A stretch of 64,000 nucleotides of DNA from positions 64,001-128,000 of the forward strand of contig JBMNIF010000002.1 of the NCBI GenBank assembly GCA_050950765.1, read 5' to 3'. Positions 21,572 to 31,087 of this stretch are shown here, one piece after another; the first letter of the stretch is position 1, and the number at the start of each line of letters is the position of its first letter. The translations under genes and the position numbers were made by a program. Under the pieces are notes generated by a model. It was not told the DNA's origin. It ran no database searches and worked only from the letters and a program-made list of their open reading frames with translations. This stretch comes from Bdellovibrionota bacterium. GTDB taxonomy: Bacteria; Bdellovibrionota_C; UBA2361; JAAYZI01.

Positions 21572-22468
21572 ATGTTAAAAGTAAATATTAACGGTCTTGA
21601 ATTTAAAAATCCCGTTATTGCGGCATCTGGAACGTTCGGCTTTGGATCTGAATATAACGATTTTTACGATGTCGGAATTTTGGGTGGAATATCTTCAAAA
21701 GGATTAACTATAAACCCTAAAGAGGGGAATGATGGCTGCCGTATTTTTGAAACATCTTCCGGCATGATGAACTCGATCGGACTAACTAATCCAGGTATCG
21801 ACAAATTTATCGAGTGTGAGCTTCCGAAGATGGAAGCTTTTGGCACCAATATAATAGCCAATGTCGGCGGTGGTTCTTTTGAAGATTATGCTGCTGCCAT
21901 AGAAAAACTTAATTACACTTCGATAGATATGATCGAGCTAAATATCTCCTGCCCGAATGTTAAATGTGGCGGCATGGCATACGGCATTAAGGGAGGGATC
22001 GCATACGACTTTGTTAAAGAGATCCGCCCGCTCTGCAAAAAACCGTTAATGGTGAAACTTTCTCCGAATGCTGAAAATATCGTTGAAATGGCGCAAAAAT
22101 GTGAAGCAGCTGGTGCTGACTCTATCAGCCTCATCAACACCCTAAAAGGTATGGCGATAGATATAAAAAAGCGCAAACCAGTATTTAATAACGTTTACGC
22201 TGGACTTTCCGGCCCTGCCATTAAACCTGTAGCTCTACGCATGGTTCATGAAGTATCAAAAGCAGTTAAGATTCCAGTTATCGGCTTAGGTGGTATCTGT
22301 AATGCTACTGATGTGATCGAGTTTATGATGGCAGGCGCTAGGGCGTGTCAGATCGGAACGGTTAATTTTATAAACCCTCTGGCGGGGAAAGAGATAATTG
22401 AAGGGCTTAAACTTTTTTGTGAAGAAGAAGGGATTAAAGACATAAACGATATCGTCGGCGTTATCTAA
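21572..22468 (+). CDS. pyrD: Dihydroorotate dehydrogenase B catalytic subunit
   Basis: [35 protein letters not shown]. Confidence 0.95.
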   Translation: MLKVNINGLEFKNPVIAASGTFGFGSEYNDFYDVGILGGISSKGLTINPKEGNDGCRIFETSSGMMNSIGLTNPGIDKFIECELPKMEAFGTNIIANVGGGSFEDYAAAIEKLNYTSIDMIELNISCPNVKCGGMAYGIKGGIAYDFVKEIRPLCKKPLMVKLSPNAENIVEMAQKCEAAGADSISLINTLKGMAIDIKKRKPVFNNVYAGLSGPAIKPVALRMVHEVSKAVKIPVIGLGGICNATDVIEFMMAGARACQIGTVNFINPLAGKEIIEGLKLFCEEEGIKDINDIVGVI

Positions 22469-22588
22469 AATGTGTTATTTGTGCCGCATATTGTTTTTTA
22501 CCTGATAAGTTGACAGTAAAAGCTACCTTGTAACACTTCTAACAATAGTATCTGGCAGAAAACTGAAACAACACATATTCTGAGACGC

Positions 22589-23986
22589 ATGGAAGAGAAT
22601 GATATAAGAAAAATAATTGAAGAGTTTGGTGCCTCTATCTATTTTGATAAAGAGATGGCACATGAAGATATTATGGGCAGCCTCGCTCAAGTAGCGATGC
22701 TTAATAAGATTTCAGTTCTTACTGATGAAGAAGCTGCCACCCTCAAGCGGGGCTTATCTGATTTAGCAAAACAGGTCGAAGAGGGTTCATTTATCTTTGA
22801 TCCGACCTATGAAGATATTCATATGAATATTGAAAAGGCGCTTTTTGCCGTTGTCGGAGAGGTGGCGGGGAAACTTCATACAGGACGCAGCCGTAACGAT
22901 CAAGTTGCGCTTGATATGCGTCTTTATTTACGCAATCAAGTACTCAAGGTCATCACTGGATTGATTAAATTGCAAAAAGCGCTCCTCGAGCAAGCAAAGA
23001 AACACTTTAATACTATCTTACCTGGATATACACATCTACAACGTGCGCAGCCTGTTCTTTTGGCTCATCACTTGATGGCTTACGCTTGGATGTTTAATCG
23101 CGATAGTAATAGATTGATTGATGCGTGGAAACGTCTCAACACCCTTCCTTTAGGATCGGGGGCTTTAGCGGGTAGCACCTTTCCATTGGATCGAGAGTAT
23201 GTCGCGGATCTATTAGCTTTTGATAGCATCTGCGAGAACAGTATGGACGGTGTTAGTGACAGAGATTTTATCTTGGAGTTCCTCGCCTGTGCCTCTATCT
23301 TTATGGTACACATCTCACGGATTAGCGAAGAGTTTATATTGTGGAGCAGTGCCGAATTCGGTTTTCTTGATTTAGACAGACGTTTTTGCAGTGGCAGTAG
23401 TATTATGCCTCAAAAGATAAACCCTGATATGGCAGAATTAAGTCGTGGCAAAGCCGGACGTGTCTTTGGAAACTTAATGGGGATGTTAACTGTCATAAAG
23501 GGGCTTCCCCTCGCCTACAACAAAGACTTACAAGAAGACAAGGAGGGGATGTTTGATACTGTGAAAACTATAAATCAGGTTCTTAAAGTTTTCACTCCCA
23601 TGATCGCCACAGCTACCTTTAACACTGAAAGGATGCGTCAAGCTGCCGACTTGAGTTATGCTAATGCTACTGATTTAGCGGACTATTTAGCAAGGAAAGG
23701 GATCCCGTTTCGTGAGGCACACGGTATTGTTAAAAAGCTTGTGATCTCTGCACACGAATCAGGGCGTGCCTTAGAAGACCTCCCTCTTTCAGAACTGCAA
23801 GAGTTCTCTCCTGTTATAGCAGATGATGTTTACCAAATTTTAAAAACGGAGGTAGTAGTTGCCGCAAGGGACACTCGTGGAGGAACTGCTCCCACACAAG
23901 TCAAACTACAAGCAGAGCGTCTAGCAGCTGCAATCACCGAACTTGAAGATTGGTTAAACACAACTTCAGCTACATTAAAAGTTTAG
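22589..23986 (+). CDS. argH: Argininosuccinate lyase
   Basis: HTGRSRNDQ, PGYTHLQRAQP, GSSIMPQKINPD, YNKDLQEDKE. Confidence 0.96.
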   Translation: MEENDIRKIIEEFGASIYFDKEMAHEDIMGSLAQVAMLNKISVLTDEEAATLKRGLSDLAKQVEEGSFIFDPTYEDIHMNIEKALFAVVGEVAGKLHTGRSRNDQVALDMRLYLRNQVLKVITGLIKLQKALLEQAKKHFNTILPGYTHLQRAQPVLLAHHLMAYAWMFNRDSNRLIDAWKRLNTLPLGSGALAGSTFPLDREYVADLLAFDSICENSMDGVSDRDFILEFLACASIFMVHISRISEEFILWSSAEFGFLDLDRRFCSGSSIMPQKINPDMAELSRGKAGRVFGNLMGMLTVIKGLPLAYNKDLQEDKEGMFDTVKTINQVLKVFTPMIATATFNTERMRQAADLSYANATDLADYLARKGIPFREAHGIVKKLVISAHESGRALEDLPLSELQEFSPVIADDVYQILKTEVVVAARDTRGGTAPTQVKLQAERLAAAITELEDWLNTTSATLKV

Positions 23987-23988
23987 CC

Positions 23989-24070
23989 GAATTTAGTAAC
24001 ACCCTTTAGGGACGATTGAACGGGCTGATACTAAAAAATGAACTGGCTAGATCTGTACGGAGGTTAAAAA
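23989..24070 (+). repeat. Solo unit of the modular repeat (degenerate core plus module B)
   Basis: GAATTTAGTAACACCC-TTTAGGGACGATTGAACGGGCTGATAC...ACGGAGGTTAAAAA fills the gap between two convergent genes. Confidence 0.9.
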
Positions 24071-25353
24071 CCTTTTAGTGCTGCGGTGCAAAGTGCATCG
24101 TGAAATTTTTGATTATTTTGGTAGTGAGCTCCAAAAAGGGCATCCCATATCTCGGGCTTTTCCATACAGAGATAGATAAAGACCTTTTTATGCCACGCTT
24201 CTAAGGCAGAGTATAGGCATTTAAAGAGCTTCAATTTTATCTCATCTGTATAAGTAAGTTTACCGAGTGGATCTGACGAGAAGTTCATCTGTAAAATTTT
24301 AGTTATCCCGCCGCGCCGTCTGATCTCCTGTATAACGGGCTTGATAAAAGTTACAGACCCCATACTGATGAAACTTATCTGCGCAGGAACAAAAGTTTTT
24401 AATAGCCTTTCAATTATTGCAGGATATTCACTATCCCAACCTTTGTAGTAGATCATAGGATGAAAATGAAACGCTACCTTAACGCCTCTAGCGGCAACAA
24501 CTTCAGCAGCAGAGATACGGTCATTAAGAGAAGATGTAAAGTGTTCTTCGTTTCTGATAATGGCTTCACTGTTTAACGTCCATGAACAGACTACGTTTTT
24601 AGGGATTGTATGATTTTTAAAGTAATCAACGTTAGCTGATTTTGTTTTAAACTCCAGTAAGACATTAGGATGATCTGCTGCAAACTCGCATAAGTTATCC
24701 AGTATTCCAAAAGAGTTTCCCCACATTAAAGAATCTGAGGACTGCCCCGTACCAAAATGATAAAATCTATTCGGATCGACCTCTATCGAACGCAACTTCT
24801 CTTTTAAATCACCATCAAATAAAATTTTTCTGTGGTCACCGTAAAAAGTTTGAATCGTGCAATAACTGCAAGCAAATCCGCAATTTTGTACAGCATCAAT
24901 CGTTTTTAATCCGCAACAAAGTGTTTTATCGGAATAAACTGGACAATCCCCGAAAATTTTTTTTGACGAAACCTCCTCTACAAGATCTAAACGTGGAGAA
25001 GGTGGAGCTTTTGCAAAACCTTCACCGTACGACTTCTCTTCTGCGCATAACGCCTCTCGCTTTTTATTCAAGAGTGATAATAGCCGTTTTTTTCGTTGTT
25101 GCAGCTGCTCTGCAGCATTGAGTGAAGTTTCAGATTCTACGAGGCTCCATAATTCAGAGAGCGTTTGACCTCCCCACATCGCAAGATCTCGAGCAAGATC
25201 TGAAACAATTTTCAGATCTTGAAAAGAGAAACGATACTTAAATGCGATCTCTTTAATAAAAGCACGATCTGCTTCGCATAAAAGCGGATAAAGAGTTTGC
25301 TGGTGCATCCGCTCAAATTTATCAAGATATGGATCAAGCACAAAAAACCTCAC
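24064..25353 (-). CDS. Spore photoproduct lyase-like radical SAM protein
   Basis: CGFACSYC motif, GTGQSSDSL, LEFKTKS, AFHFHP, YLCME. Confidence 0.8.
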   Translation of the reverse strand: MRFFVLDPYLDKFERMHQQTLYPLLCEADRAFIKEIAFKYRFSFQDLKIVSDLARDLAMWGGQTLSELWSLVESETSLNAAEQLQQRKKRLLSLLNKKREALCAEEKSYGEGFAKAPPSPRLDLVEEVSSKKIFGDCPVYSDKTLCCGLKTIDAVQNCGFACSYCTIQTFYGDHRKILFDGDLKEKLRSIEVDPNRFYHFGTGQSSDSLMWGNSFGILDNLCEFAADHPNVLLEFKTKSANVDYFKNHTIPKNVVCSWTLNSEAIIRNEEHFTSSLNDRISAAEVVAARGVKVAFHFHPMIYYKGWDSEYPAIIERLLKTFVPAQISFISMGSVTFIKPVIQEIRRRGGITKILQMNFSSDPLGKLTYTDEIKLKLFKCLYSALEAWHKKVFIYLCMEKPEIWDALFGAHYQNNQKFHDALCTAALKGF

Positions 25354-25370
25354 CTGTAAGCGTTAAATGT

Positions 25371-25904
25371 TTAACGCCTCTTTTTACCATTTTTACGGTG
25401 ATTTTCATCTTTTTTTCTATTTTCATCTCTTTTTCTATTTTTTTCTGGTTTGCGTGGTTCGTTCTTCTTATCTCTTTTAGGTTTTTTTACAGCAGGATCG
25501 CGCACACCACCCCGATCTCGATCTTTTACACGTTTGTCAGGACGTGGTTTCTTACGAACATCTGGCTTATTCCTACGACTCGGTTTTTTCGGCTTCGGTG
25601 GTTCTACCCTCCTCTCGGCAGGCGGTTTTCTTATATCAGATCCGGCAGGACGATGCGGAGCAGGCGGTCTCCGATAATCAGGGCGTGGTGGTTTCCCTGG
25701 TGGTGGTCGATACCCCCTAGCGTGGTCAGGCGGTGGATATCTTACATCACCACGCCGTGGCGGTCTTCTGTAATCATCTCGGTAGTAGTCATCATCATCA
25801 TAATAGTAATAATAGCTATCACCACTATGATACGGATCATCAAAATCATTAACACATCCGAAAAAACAGAAAAGCGGTATTAGTAATAAAATAGTTCGTA
25901 ACAT
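25371..25904 (-). CDS. Low-complexity lipoprotein (Tyr/Asp, then Pro/Arg, then Lys-rich)
   Basis: Signal peptide with lipobox FFGC; disordered composition. Confidence 0.65.
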   Translation of the reverse strand: MLRTILLLIPLFCFFGCVNDFDDPYHSGDSYYYYYDDDDYYRDDYRRPPRRGDVRYPPPDHARGYRPPPGKPPRPDYRRPPAPHRPAGSDIRKPPAERRVEPPKPKKPSRRNKPDVRKKPRPDKRVKDRDRGGVRDPAVKKPKRDKKNEPRKPEKNRKRDENRKKDENHRKNGKKRR

Positions 25905-26003
25905 TCAGCACCACCACATTCGATACTTATCGAGACAAAAAAATGATTTAAGCAGATAAAGAAGTTCAATATCTACTTAATACAAAACACTTTGCCTTAC
26001 TGA

Positions 26004-26228
26004 CTAATAATGATGAGGTCCTCCATGATGATGCCCCCCGTGATGCGGGCCACCGTGATGAGGTCTTGGATGATGATGCCCCCCATGGTGCGGACCGCCG
26101 TGGTGGGGTCCTCTGTGATACTCTCCGTGATATGGACCGTTATGTCTTCCATGATGATGGTGATGGTGATGATCGTGACAAGCTGAAGTTGCTAATACTA
26201 ATAAAAGACACAATAAGGTTCTTAACAT
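26004..26228 (-). CDS. Small histidine-rich lipoprotein
   Basis: GGAGGT RBS, MLRTLLCLLLVLATSA-C lipobox, poly-His tract and (G)GPHH repeats. Confidence 0.75.
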   Translation of the reverse strand: MLRTLLCLLLVLATSACHDHHHHHHHGRHNGPYHGEYHRGPHHGGPHHGGHHHPRPHHGGPHHGGHHHGGPHHY

Positions 26229-26365
26229 TGAGATACCTCCTAAATAAGTAGGGTGCCGCAACACCCCTACCAACAATTCTATATCGTAAAAAATCTGTGA
26301 TCAGAGCACAACACAAAAATTCGGTAAAAATAACCACAAAAAGATAAGATCAAAAACTATTTTCT

Positions 26366-26463
26366 CACCCTAGTGTTGTCTTCTTTTACCTAATATCCGA
26401 GCCTAGACACTTTTTAAAAGGTTCGCTTTTTAAAAAAATTCCCACCCTAGTGTTGTCTTCTTT
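26366..26463 (+). repeat. 21-bp direct repeat CACCCTAGTGTTGTCTTCTTT (26366, 26443) enclosing a fragment related to the 167-bp repeat near 61.8 kb
   Basis: Seen directly. Confidence 0.8.
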
Positions 26464-26488
26464 CATTTCGATCTATAACTTCTAGATT

Positions 26489-27904
26489 ATGCTACTAAAA
26501 GACTCCGAACAGATAAAGTTTCTTTCATCTCGCTACGCGGAGAGTGTCCCGCGCTACACCAGTTATCCAACAGCTTTAGAGCTGAAGCCGTGTTCAGATA
26601 AAAGTAAAATTATAACGGAGCTATCCTCACTTCAAGAACCGTACTCCCTTTACGTGCATATACCGTATTGTAAAACTATCTGCGCTTTTTGTGCATGTAA
26701 TAGAAGTGTCAGCACCGATCCTACAAGAGATAAAGCTTCTTACCTCAAGGCGTTAGAAGCAGAAGCAGTGCAACTTAATAAGGTTCTTTTACACAATCCT
26801 CAACTTACTTCCCTTCACATAGGCGGCGGCTCACCAAGCTTTTTAACAAGCGCTGAGCTAAAAGAACTGGATCGGATCTTACATTCAAACTTTAACTTTC
26901 AAGGTATTTTAAAGTGTGAACAAAGTATTGAACTTGATCCACGTACCATGACAGAAGAAAAGGCGGAGTTACTTAGCGCACAAGGCTATACCAGAGCCAG
27001 CTTAGGTGTCCAAGACTTTACTCCAGAAGTGCAGAAAGCCATCGGTCGTATTCAGCCCTACACTATGACAAAAGAAACGGTGAGATATTTAAGATCCGCA
27101 GGCTTTAAATCTATCAACATTGATCTTATTTATGGACTACCACAACAAAAAATAGAACCTTTCTCAATCAATATAGATCAAGTTCTAACTTTAGAGCCCG
27201 ACAGGATCGCACTTTATGGCTATGCCAATGTTCCTTGGAAAGCTACAAATCAACAACGACTAAAGGGGTATGCGCTTCCAACACCACAAGAACGTTTGCA
27301 ACTATTTTTAATGGCGTTGCAACGTTTTTCGGAGGCAGGTTATGAATATATCGGGCTTGATCACTTTGCATTGCCTAACGATTCATTAGTTAAAGCTAGA
27401 GCAGAGAACTCCTTACACCGTAATTTTATGGGATATTCAAGTATCAACACACAACACGTTTTAGCTATCGGTTCTTCTGCTATTTCTAATATCCATACCA
27501 TCTTGTATCAGAACTTTAGTGATATTACCGAGTATAAGAGAGCTATTAGCACTAATACATTACCGATCAATAAGGTGTGTTTTAAAGATAATGACGATAT
27601 CTTACGCGCCTCTCTAATAGAAGAGATTATGTGCAATGATAAGATCTCAAGAGGTGCTTTTTGCAAAAAAGCAGAGAAGCTTATCCCCTCAGAAAACACG
27701 CACCGTATTGCAGAAGAACTTTTTTCAGAAACTCTGCAACGCCTTGAGCGTTATCAAGGTGATAATTTAGTGCAGCTCCAACCTGATTTAATTCAGATTA
27801 CTCCGATAGGACGGTTATTTGTACGAACGTTAGCTTCTGTGGTAGATCGCTATCTGCCACAATATAAAGGAACTCGAGGAAAAGTTTTTTCACAAGGCTC
27901 GTGA
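26489..27904 (+). CDS. hemN: Oxygen-independent coproporphyrinogen III oxidase
   Basis: PRYTSYPTA, YVHIPYCKTICAFCAC, GGGSP, YIGLDHFA, HRNFMGY. Confidence 0.93.
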   Translation: MLLKDSEQIKFLSSRYAESVPRYTSYPTALELKPCSDKSKIITELSSLQEPYSLYVHIPYCKTICAFCACNRSVSTDPTRDKASYLKALEAEAVQLNKVLLHNPQLTSLHIGGGSPSFLTSAELKELDRILHSNFNFQGILKCEQSIELDPRTMTEEKAELLSAQGYTRASLGVQDFTPEVQKAIGRIQPYTMTKETVRYLRSAGFKSINIDLIYGLPQQKIEPFSINIDQVLTLEPDRIALYGYANVPWKATNQQRLKGYALPTPQERLQLFLMALQRFSEAGYEYIGLDHFALPNDSLVKARAENSLHRNFMGYSSINTQHVLAIGSSAISNIHTILYQNFSDITEYKRAISTNTLPINKVCFKDNDDILRASLIEEIMCNDKISRGAFCKKAEKLIPSENTHRIAEELFSETLQRLERYQGDNLVQLQPDLIQITPIGRLFVRTLASVVDRYLPQYKGTRGKVFSQGS

Positions 27905-28053
27905 TAGAGTCTAAAGATCTAGTGCTGCCCAGCAGTCAGAGCTCGATACCTTTGTGAATCTACTTAGGCAAGAAGGTTCATAATAGAACGATCTTGAAAT
28001 AGGTATCTTTTAATTTTAATCTTTAACGCATTAAACCTCAACAAAAAAACATT

Positions 28054-28467
28054 ATGGAAGACATATTAGAACTTACACGACAACACTTTTCGCGCGATAA
28101 CTTCGTAAATCTACTTGGAGCAGAATTACTTGAGATAAAAAGAGGTTACGCCAAAGCAAAATTAGTTTTACACGATAAACATCTAAATGCACACGGAGTT
28201 GTGCACGGTGGTGTGATTTTTAGCCTAGCCGACTTTACTCTCGGAGTGGCAGGAGCTTCATATGGCACAACTGTTTTAGCTGTTCAAGCCAGTATCAATT
28301 TTTTACACCCTGCTAAAACAGGCGCACTCTTTGCCGAAGCTCGTGAACTTTCAAAGGGTAGAAAAATCGCAAACTACCAAGTCACGGTACATGACGATAA
28401 CGGAACTTTGATCGCCTCTTTTATCGGAGTCACCTACGATAAGGAGCTTCCGCTTCAAGGCAACTAA
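28054..28467 (+). CDS. PaaI-family hotdog thioesterase
   Basis: HLNAHGVVHGGVIFSLAD. Confidence 0.9.
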   Translation: MEDILELTRQHFSRDNFVNLLGAELLEIKRGYAKAKLVLHDKHLNAHGVVHGGVIFSLADFTLGVAGASYGTTVLAVQASINFLHPAKTGALFAEARELSKGRKIANYQVTVHDDNGTLIASFIGVTYDKELPLQGN

Positions 28468-28500
28468 GGTGGCAGTGGAGTCGGTCGTAATTAAATCGTA

Positions 28501-29895
28501 TTAAAACTTTGCAAACCCTGGATAACGAGGGAACGGAATTACATCTCTAATATTACACATCCCCGTGATGTACATCAGGAACCGTTCAAAGCCCAACCCA
28601 AATCCGGCATGAGGTACAGATCCGTAACGACGCAAATCAAGATACCACTGATAATCATCCACAGGCAAAGCTAACTTATTCATCTTATCGATTAAGACAT
28701 CCAAACGTTCTTCACGTTGAGAGCCCCCAATAATCTCTCCCAACTGCGGGACTAAAAGATCCATAGCTTTAACCGTTTTACCATCTTCGTTACGACGCAT
28801 ATAAAAAGCTTTTATCTCTTCTGGATAATCGATCACAAAAAGAGGGCCTTTTACATATTCATCAGTGAGATATTTCTCATGTTCCGATTGCAGATCAATC
28901 CCCCACTTAACAGGATACTCAAACGATTTAGCGCTTTTCTCTAAAACTTGAATAGCTTCAGTATAGGTCAGCACTTTGAATTGCGACTGTACTACACTCC
29001 GTAAAGTGCCGAGTAGATCGTGTGTTACCCACTCTCTTTTTGCCAAAAAATCGAGGTCGTCTTCGCACGCATCCAAAACATCTTTTATAATAGTGACGAT
29101 AAAATCCTGTGCGATCTTCATGTCTCCTTCGAGATCGCAAAACGCCATCTCTGGCTCAACCATCCAGAACTCAGCCAAATGACGCGTTGTATTAGAATTC
29201 TCTGCGCGGAAAGTTGGACCAAAGGTATAAACATTACTGAGTGCGCAAGCAAATGTTTCAGCTTCTAATTGACCAGAAACTGTGAGGCTGGCCTCGCTAC
29301 CGAAAAAATCTTGCTTAAAATCAATCTTCCCTTCCTTCTGCGGCAAGTTATTTAGATCCAAAGTTGTTACACGAAACATATCCCCCGCCCCTTCACAATC
29401 AGAAGTGGTAATAATCGGAGTAGTTAGATAGACAAAGTTTCTATCTTGGAAAAACTTATGAATGGCGAAAGCTGCTGCCGAACGAATACGAAAGACACCT
29501 CCAAAGGTATTAGATCTGGCACGAAGATGGAGATGCTCCCTTAAAAATTCCAGTGAATGCCCTTTTTTTTGTAAAGCATAATCTTCAGCGCTACATTCAC
29601 CGACTAAAGTAATATCAGAAACTTGCATTTCAAAAGCTTGCCCCTTAGCAGGTGAAGGCTGCAATACTCCCTTTACTACAATAGCTGCTCCCGTAGTAAA
29701 GGAAGCTTCCTTACCTTTATAAGACTCCAACTCTGGATCTATAACCAACTGCACTCCCTTTACGCTGGAGCCGTCAGAAAGTTCGATAAACGAGATTTTT
29801 TTAGATTGTCGATGTGTCCTAATCCAACCTTCTATCTGATATTCCCCTGCTTCTATAAGCCCCTTATTAATATCCCGTACAGAAATCTTATTCAT
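28501..29895 (-). CDS. asnS: Asparagine--tRNA ligase
   Basis: SDCEGAG, LTVSGQL, FRAENSNTTRHLAEFWMVEPE, GFGLGFER. Confidence 0.97.
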   Translation of the reverse strand: MNKISVRDINKGLIEAGEYQIEGWIRTHRQSKKISFIELSDGSSVKGVQLVIDPELESYKGKEASFTTGAAIVVKGVLQPSPAKGQAFEMQVSDITLVGECSAEDYALQKKGHSLEFLREHLHLRARSNTFGGVFRIRSAAAFAIHKFFQDRNFVYLTTPIITTSDCEGAGDMFRVTTLDLNNLPQKEGKIDFKQDFFGSEASLTVSGQLEAETFACALSNVYTFGPTFRAENSNTTRHLAEFWMVEPEMAFCDLEGDMKIAQDFIVTIIKDVLDACEDDLDFLAKREWVTHDLLGTLRSVVQSQFKVLTYTEAIQVLEKSAKSFEYPVKWGIDLQSEHEKYLTDEYVKGPLFVIDYPEEIKAFYMRRNEDGKTVKAMDLLVPQLGEIIGGSQREERLDVLIDKMNKLALPVDDYQWYLDLRRYGSVPHAGFGLGFERFLMYITGMCNIRDVIPFPRYPGFAKF

Positions 29896-30067
29896 AAAGA
29901 ACGTCCCCCCTCCCGATAGTATTTAAGTTTTTTCTATACATTAGTACCTCAATTTGAATATTTGCAAGCCAAAATATCCATAAAAAACACCTTCAAGCCT
30001 TCCCATTAAACTTACTTTAAGCTAATATCCAGCCCCGTGGTTAGCTATTTTAAGCAGCCGTAAAAAT

Positions 30068-30145
<78 letters not shown>

Positions 30146-30281
30146 CTTTTATAACGACACCATCATCCGCAGTTTTGTTGTGAACGCATTATAGAATCCT
30201 AAATATCTGGATGATTCTAATCTTTTATGCTATTTACTTGAAGTAATCTTTTCATTCTCTATAAATCTCTAAAGGTTCGAC

Positions 30282-31079
30282 ATGGCAAGAAGGAAGAAGC
30301 AGTCATTTTTAAAGAAGCTTTTGATTATCGCTGGTATTTTACTCGTTGCACAAATTGTGTTTTCACTTACCCTTACAAAAAGAAACACTTCGAAAACTTG
30401 GAAAGAATCAGCGAAGAACGCCATCGCTGCCAATCCTGAACTTACAGCGGAACAACAACCTGCTGTAATGATAAGGCTAGCTCTTCTAGATTATAGGAAC
30501 AAGAACGGCAGTTGCCCTGAAAACTTATCAAAGCTTGTTCCCGAATATCTTAGTTCTGTTCCGTTAGATCCAACAACGAAGGCACCGTTTCAATACGTAG
30601 TAAACGGTAAAAAATGCACCTTAGTTCTTTCTAAATCCAAAACAGATAGAGATAGTAAAGGTAGTGAGGATAACGTGGCATCAGAAACTCTCTCGGAATC
30701 TGATCAGGCTGAGATGCTTGACTCTCTTAATAAAAAAGATTTGGCTTCAGAGTATATTTACACCTCAGAAGGGAAAAAAGATCCTTTTCGATCTTATGAT
30801 TTCACCCCACATCGGGTAATTCAAAACAAAGACAATCCACTTGAATCTTACACCTATGACGAGTTGAAACTAACAGCGGTCTTAGGTGGGATCGGCCAAC
30901 CGACTGCGATTATAGAAAATCCTGAAGGGAAAGGGTTTACGGTAAGGGTCGGTACAAAGATCGGCAATCACGGCGGAGAGGTGGTTAAGATTGAACCTGG
31001 CAAGATAACTATCGTTGAAAGTACAGTTGAGTTCACAGGTGAAACCAAGAACAGAACGATAGATATGTTTTTAAGATAA
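30282..31079 (+). CDS. PilP-domain protein with N-terminal TM helix and pseudopilin-like domain
   Basis: C-terminus Y..EGKKDPF...PLESYTYDELKLTAV...G.KIG.HGGEV is PilP-like; N-terminal YRNKNGSCPENLSKLVPEYLSSVPLDP resembles GspG/pilin-like domains. Confidence 0.7.
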   Translation: MARRKKQSFLKKLLIIAGILLVAQIVFSLTLTKRNTSKTWKESAKNAIAANPELTAEQQPAVMIRLALLDYRNKNGSCPENLSKLVPEYLSSVPLDPTTKAPFQYVVNGKKCTLVLSKSKTDRDSKGSEDNVASETLSESDQAEMLDSLNKKDLASEYIYTSEGKKDPFRSYDFTPHRVIQNKDNPLESYTYDELKLTAVLGGIGQPTAIIENPEGKGFTVRVGTKIGNHGGEVVKIEPGKITIVESTVEFTGETKNRTIDMFLR

Positions 31080-31087
31080 AATTTATT

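Noticed and set aside
25329..25883. 184-aa + strand hydrophobic ORF and other antisense ORFs overlapping long genes
   Set aside because: These are shadows of genes on the opposite strand, which have signal peptides or recognisable motifs.
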